Under the pieces are notes generated by a model. It made no database searches, was not told the origin of the DNA, and saw only the letters and a program-made list of their open reading frames with translations. Shown here in pieces: positions 49,001 through 49,854 of a stretch of 49,854 nucleotides of DNA. The stretch is from an uncultured bacterium (GTDB taxonomy: Bacteria > Planctomycetota > UBA8108 > UBA1146). The position numbers and the translations under genes were made by a program. The DNA lies in the NCBI GenBank assembly GCA_937876125.1, contig CALEHF010000390.1, positions 1 to 49,854 of the forward strand, given 5' to 3'. Within the stretch, counting starts at the first letter, position 1. Every line of letters starts with the position of its first letter.

Positions 49001-49854
49001 CGATCCATCCGTCAGCGCAGGGATTGCGAGATGCAGGCTCTCGAGGCGCTGCGCCGGGTCCTTCTCGAAACAAAGCTTCAGCAGCTGAACGACAGACTCC
49101 GGGGTTTCGCGGGGGAGCCGTTCGAACGGTGGCGGCACGTGCATGATCTTGCCCACAAGCAGACCATCATTCGGCGCATCAAACGCTCGAGTTCCCGTCA
49201 GTGCTTCGAACAGGAGACAACCGAAGGCCCAAACGTCCGCCGACTTTCGGCTCCGGCCGCCGCGGAGAGTCTCCGGACTCATGTAGCTCGGCGTTCCCAT
49301 GACCGGGCTCTGCGTACGATCGCTCGGTTGTTCATCGCCGATCGAACGGGCGAGGCCGAAATCGAGGACCTTCACCTTGCCATCGATGCGCACCATGACG
49401 TTCGAGGGACTCAGATCACGGTGCGCCACACCTTGGTCGTGGGCGGCTGCAAGGGCATCGGCGATCTGGCTCGCGATGGCGGTTGCATCCTGGATCTCGA
49501 GGCGACCATTCTTGAGACGAGCCCTCAGGGTCTCGCCTTCGACGTGCTCGAGGATGAGGAAGTGCCCCTCTTCCGCACGTTCGAAGCTGTAGATCGCGCC
49601 GATGTTCGGGTGGTGGAGAGAAGCGAGGAGTTGCGCTTCGCGTCGAAAGCGCTCGATCCGCAATTGGTCGCGATGTTGATCCCAGTGGATCGATTTGATG
49701 GCGACTCGGCGATCGAGCTGGGTGTCGTAGCCTTCGTAGACCACGCCCATTCCTCCGCGCCCGAGTTCACGAACAATTTCGTAGTGGCGGATCGTCTTCG
49801 GGGTCTCTGGGGCCGGGGTCTCTGGGGCCGGGGTCTCTGGGGCCGGGGTACCAG
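46025..49854 (-). CDS. Ser/Thr protein kinase-Ig-like-AAA ATPase-TPR protein (5' end outside the window)
   Basis: The frame is open to the window edge (...KTIRHYEIVRELGRGGMGVVY). VAIK, HRDLSPSN, DFG, GTPSYMSPE, DVWAFG; P-loop GAAGTGRT; Walker B LVDD; TPRs (NNLGILHY, YNLSEV). Confidence 0.92.
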   Translation of the reverse strand, partial: GTPAPETPAPETPAPETPKTIRHYEIVRELGRGGMGVVYEGYDTQLDRRVAIKSIHWDQHRDQLRIERFRREAQLLASLHHPNIGAIYSFERAEEGHFLILEHVEGETLRARLKNGRLEIQDATAIASQIADALAAAHDQGVAHRDLSPSNVMVRIDGKVKVLDFGLARSIGDEQPSDRTQSPVMGTPSYMSPETLRGGRSRKSADVWAFGCLLFEALTGTRAFDAPNDGLLVGKIMHVPPPFERLPRETPESVVQLLKLCFEKDPAQRLESLHLAIPALTDGSFEGLPASGQQRVEASPLQRSVRVGDPVQLRLFFENGGHASAEFEVEVATGDGWDQISPPLGLLELPAETTREQLVILTQTQSGSRRLPEIRVRVDGEQRTIQSVPSRITVEDSAHNRPVLPRREWESLESSIASIASDSGVLHLIVGAAGTGRTVSLDHVDLVARGLGIRVLRANARSGVGQRLKLVHDLLRSLLCIVESEQRDALLEKTARRRLGELFGRGSPSVEFFLSQLLGQELEPEDSPTQQYRWYRLIASLTQSVPCVALVDDLEHADPASLELLLAILERCHEEHIPFAVVGTMAELPSHGRAEPTVLDRLVAPRPRLQRTVMTSITAEEIDALLALRYPGSNHLDYSPGLADAIHTRSGGHLGMIEEMIEALSRNVDGRQGFFRLIGTSWSVRPEVTPQALLSAMPSQYVDLLALRVDEMTDEGRAIFETAGLLGTEIPISVLEALFEEGSTLDDGLDQLESLGILLPTDPELTQYRFQNPSFATIAVRQIELRGSRQARRRRLEVSKCLQDLFSEPRYAEELGLRLLELGDFSSALPPLMKALEQHVRLRQAADADQLAARVTEIVDQIGWSDPRRELEWLALEGRVHTACGRLERAEASIRAAFELAEQLDDVRSKASSLVQLSEIAFRRGQFEQVCELAQQARVLARAPELERIQADAVQNLATAFRRLGDRDRARELWEENRRRYVAWSDRSGEARATNNLGILHYEENRLDEAERCFRITESIGCELDNLDFQTHARVWLSNVAFKRGDLEAARSGYIDAVSAFQKVQNRRALSRCYYNLSEVEALLGNLDAARPAAERAAALCAEMSDRAAEAEYRLSRAGIEWLAGEDDCARCELRDAREVSPAIAAPIRRRAFEARAALLEDLLGDSQPLVQLAAQLELGQTTELEIQLLEATVRMRAKHYEGHSLSAEAGEEARDLIRRAGPDTLTESVGLATTLQLFAEAASDSIEELLGFSPSESPAAAWIELALPKLTTTP
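49799..49849. repeat. 15-bp tandem repeat x3.4 encoding (TPAPE)n
   Basis: Perfect copies of cggggtctctggggc. Confidence 0.95.

Overview
High-GC bacterial DNA, most likely from an uncultured Planctomycetota-type genome. This is inferred from the Cys-rich 'RGDxN' dockerin-like modules, the PA14/multiheme cytochrome plus propeller pair, the many carboxypeptidase-regulatory-like proteins, and an ffh-rpsP-trmD-rplS-yraN order without rimM. From 1 to 16 kb there is a minus-strand run of envelope and redox genes: two large beta-sandwich repeat proteins, a 5-heme PA14 cytochrome with its propeller partner, a two-heme protein with four Ig-like repeats and an Asp/Gly-Asn tail, MscS and a DUF481 barrel. 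From 16 to 26 kb are metabolic singletons (YceI, EF-hand protein, Nudix, NDH-2, ProDH, GH29 fucosidase) and a broken propeller-dockerin gene. From 26 to 40 kb is a housekeeping backbone (rpmE-prfA-prmC-murA-ffh-rpsP-trmD-rplS-yraN) interrupted by three accessory genes. One of them, a dockerin-bearing subtilase, is bracketed by a 21-bp perfect inverted repeat belonging to a MITE-like hairpin family. From 40 to 50 kb are a nitroreductase, an ADP-ribosylglycohydrolase, a tandem pair of module-swapped surface proteins with an orphan 3' cassette and a VHL-like domain, and a window-truncated Ser/Thr kinase-AAA-TPR gene. I found no rRNA, tRNA, CRISPR array or transposase. All assignments come from reading motifs by eye; no database searches were run.
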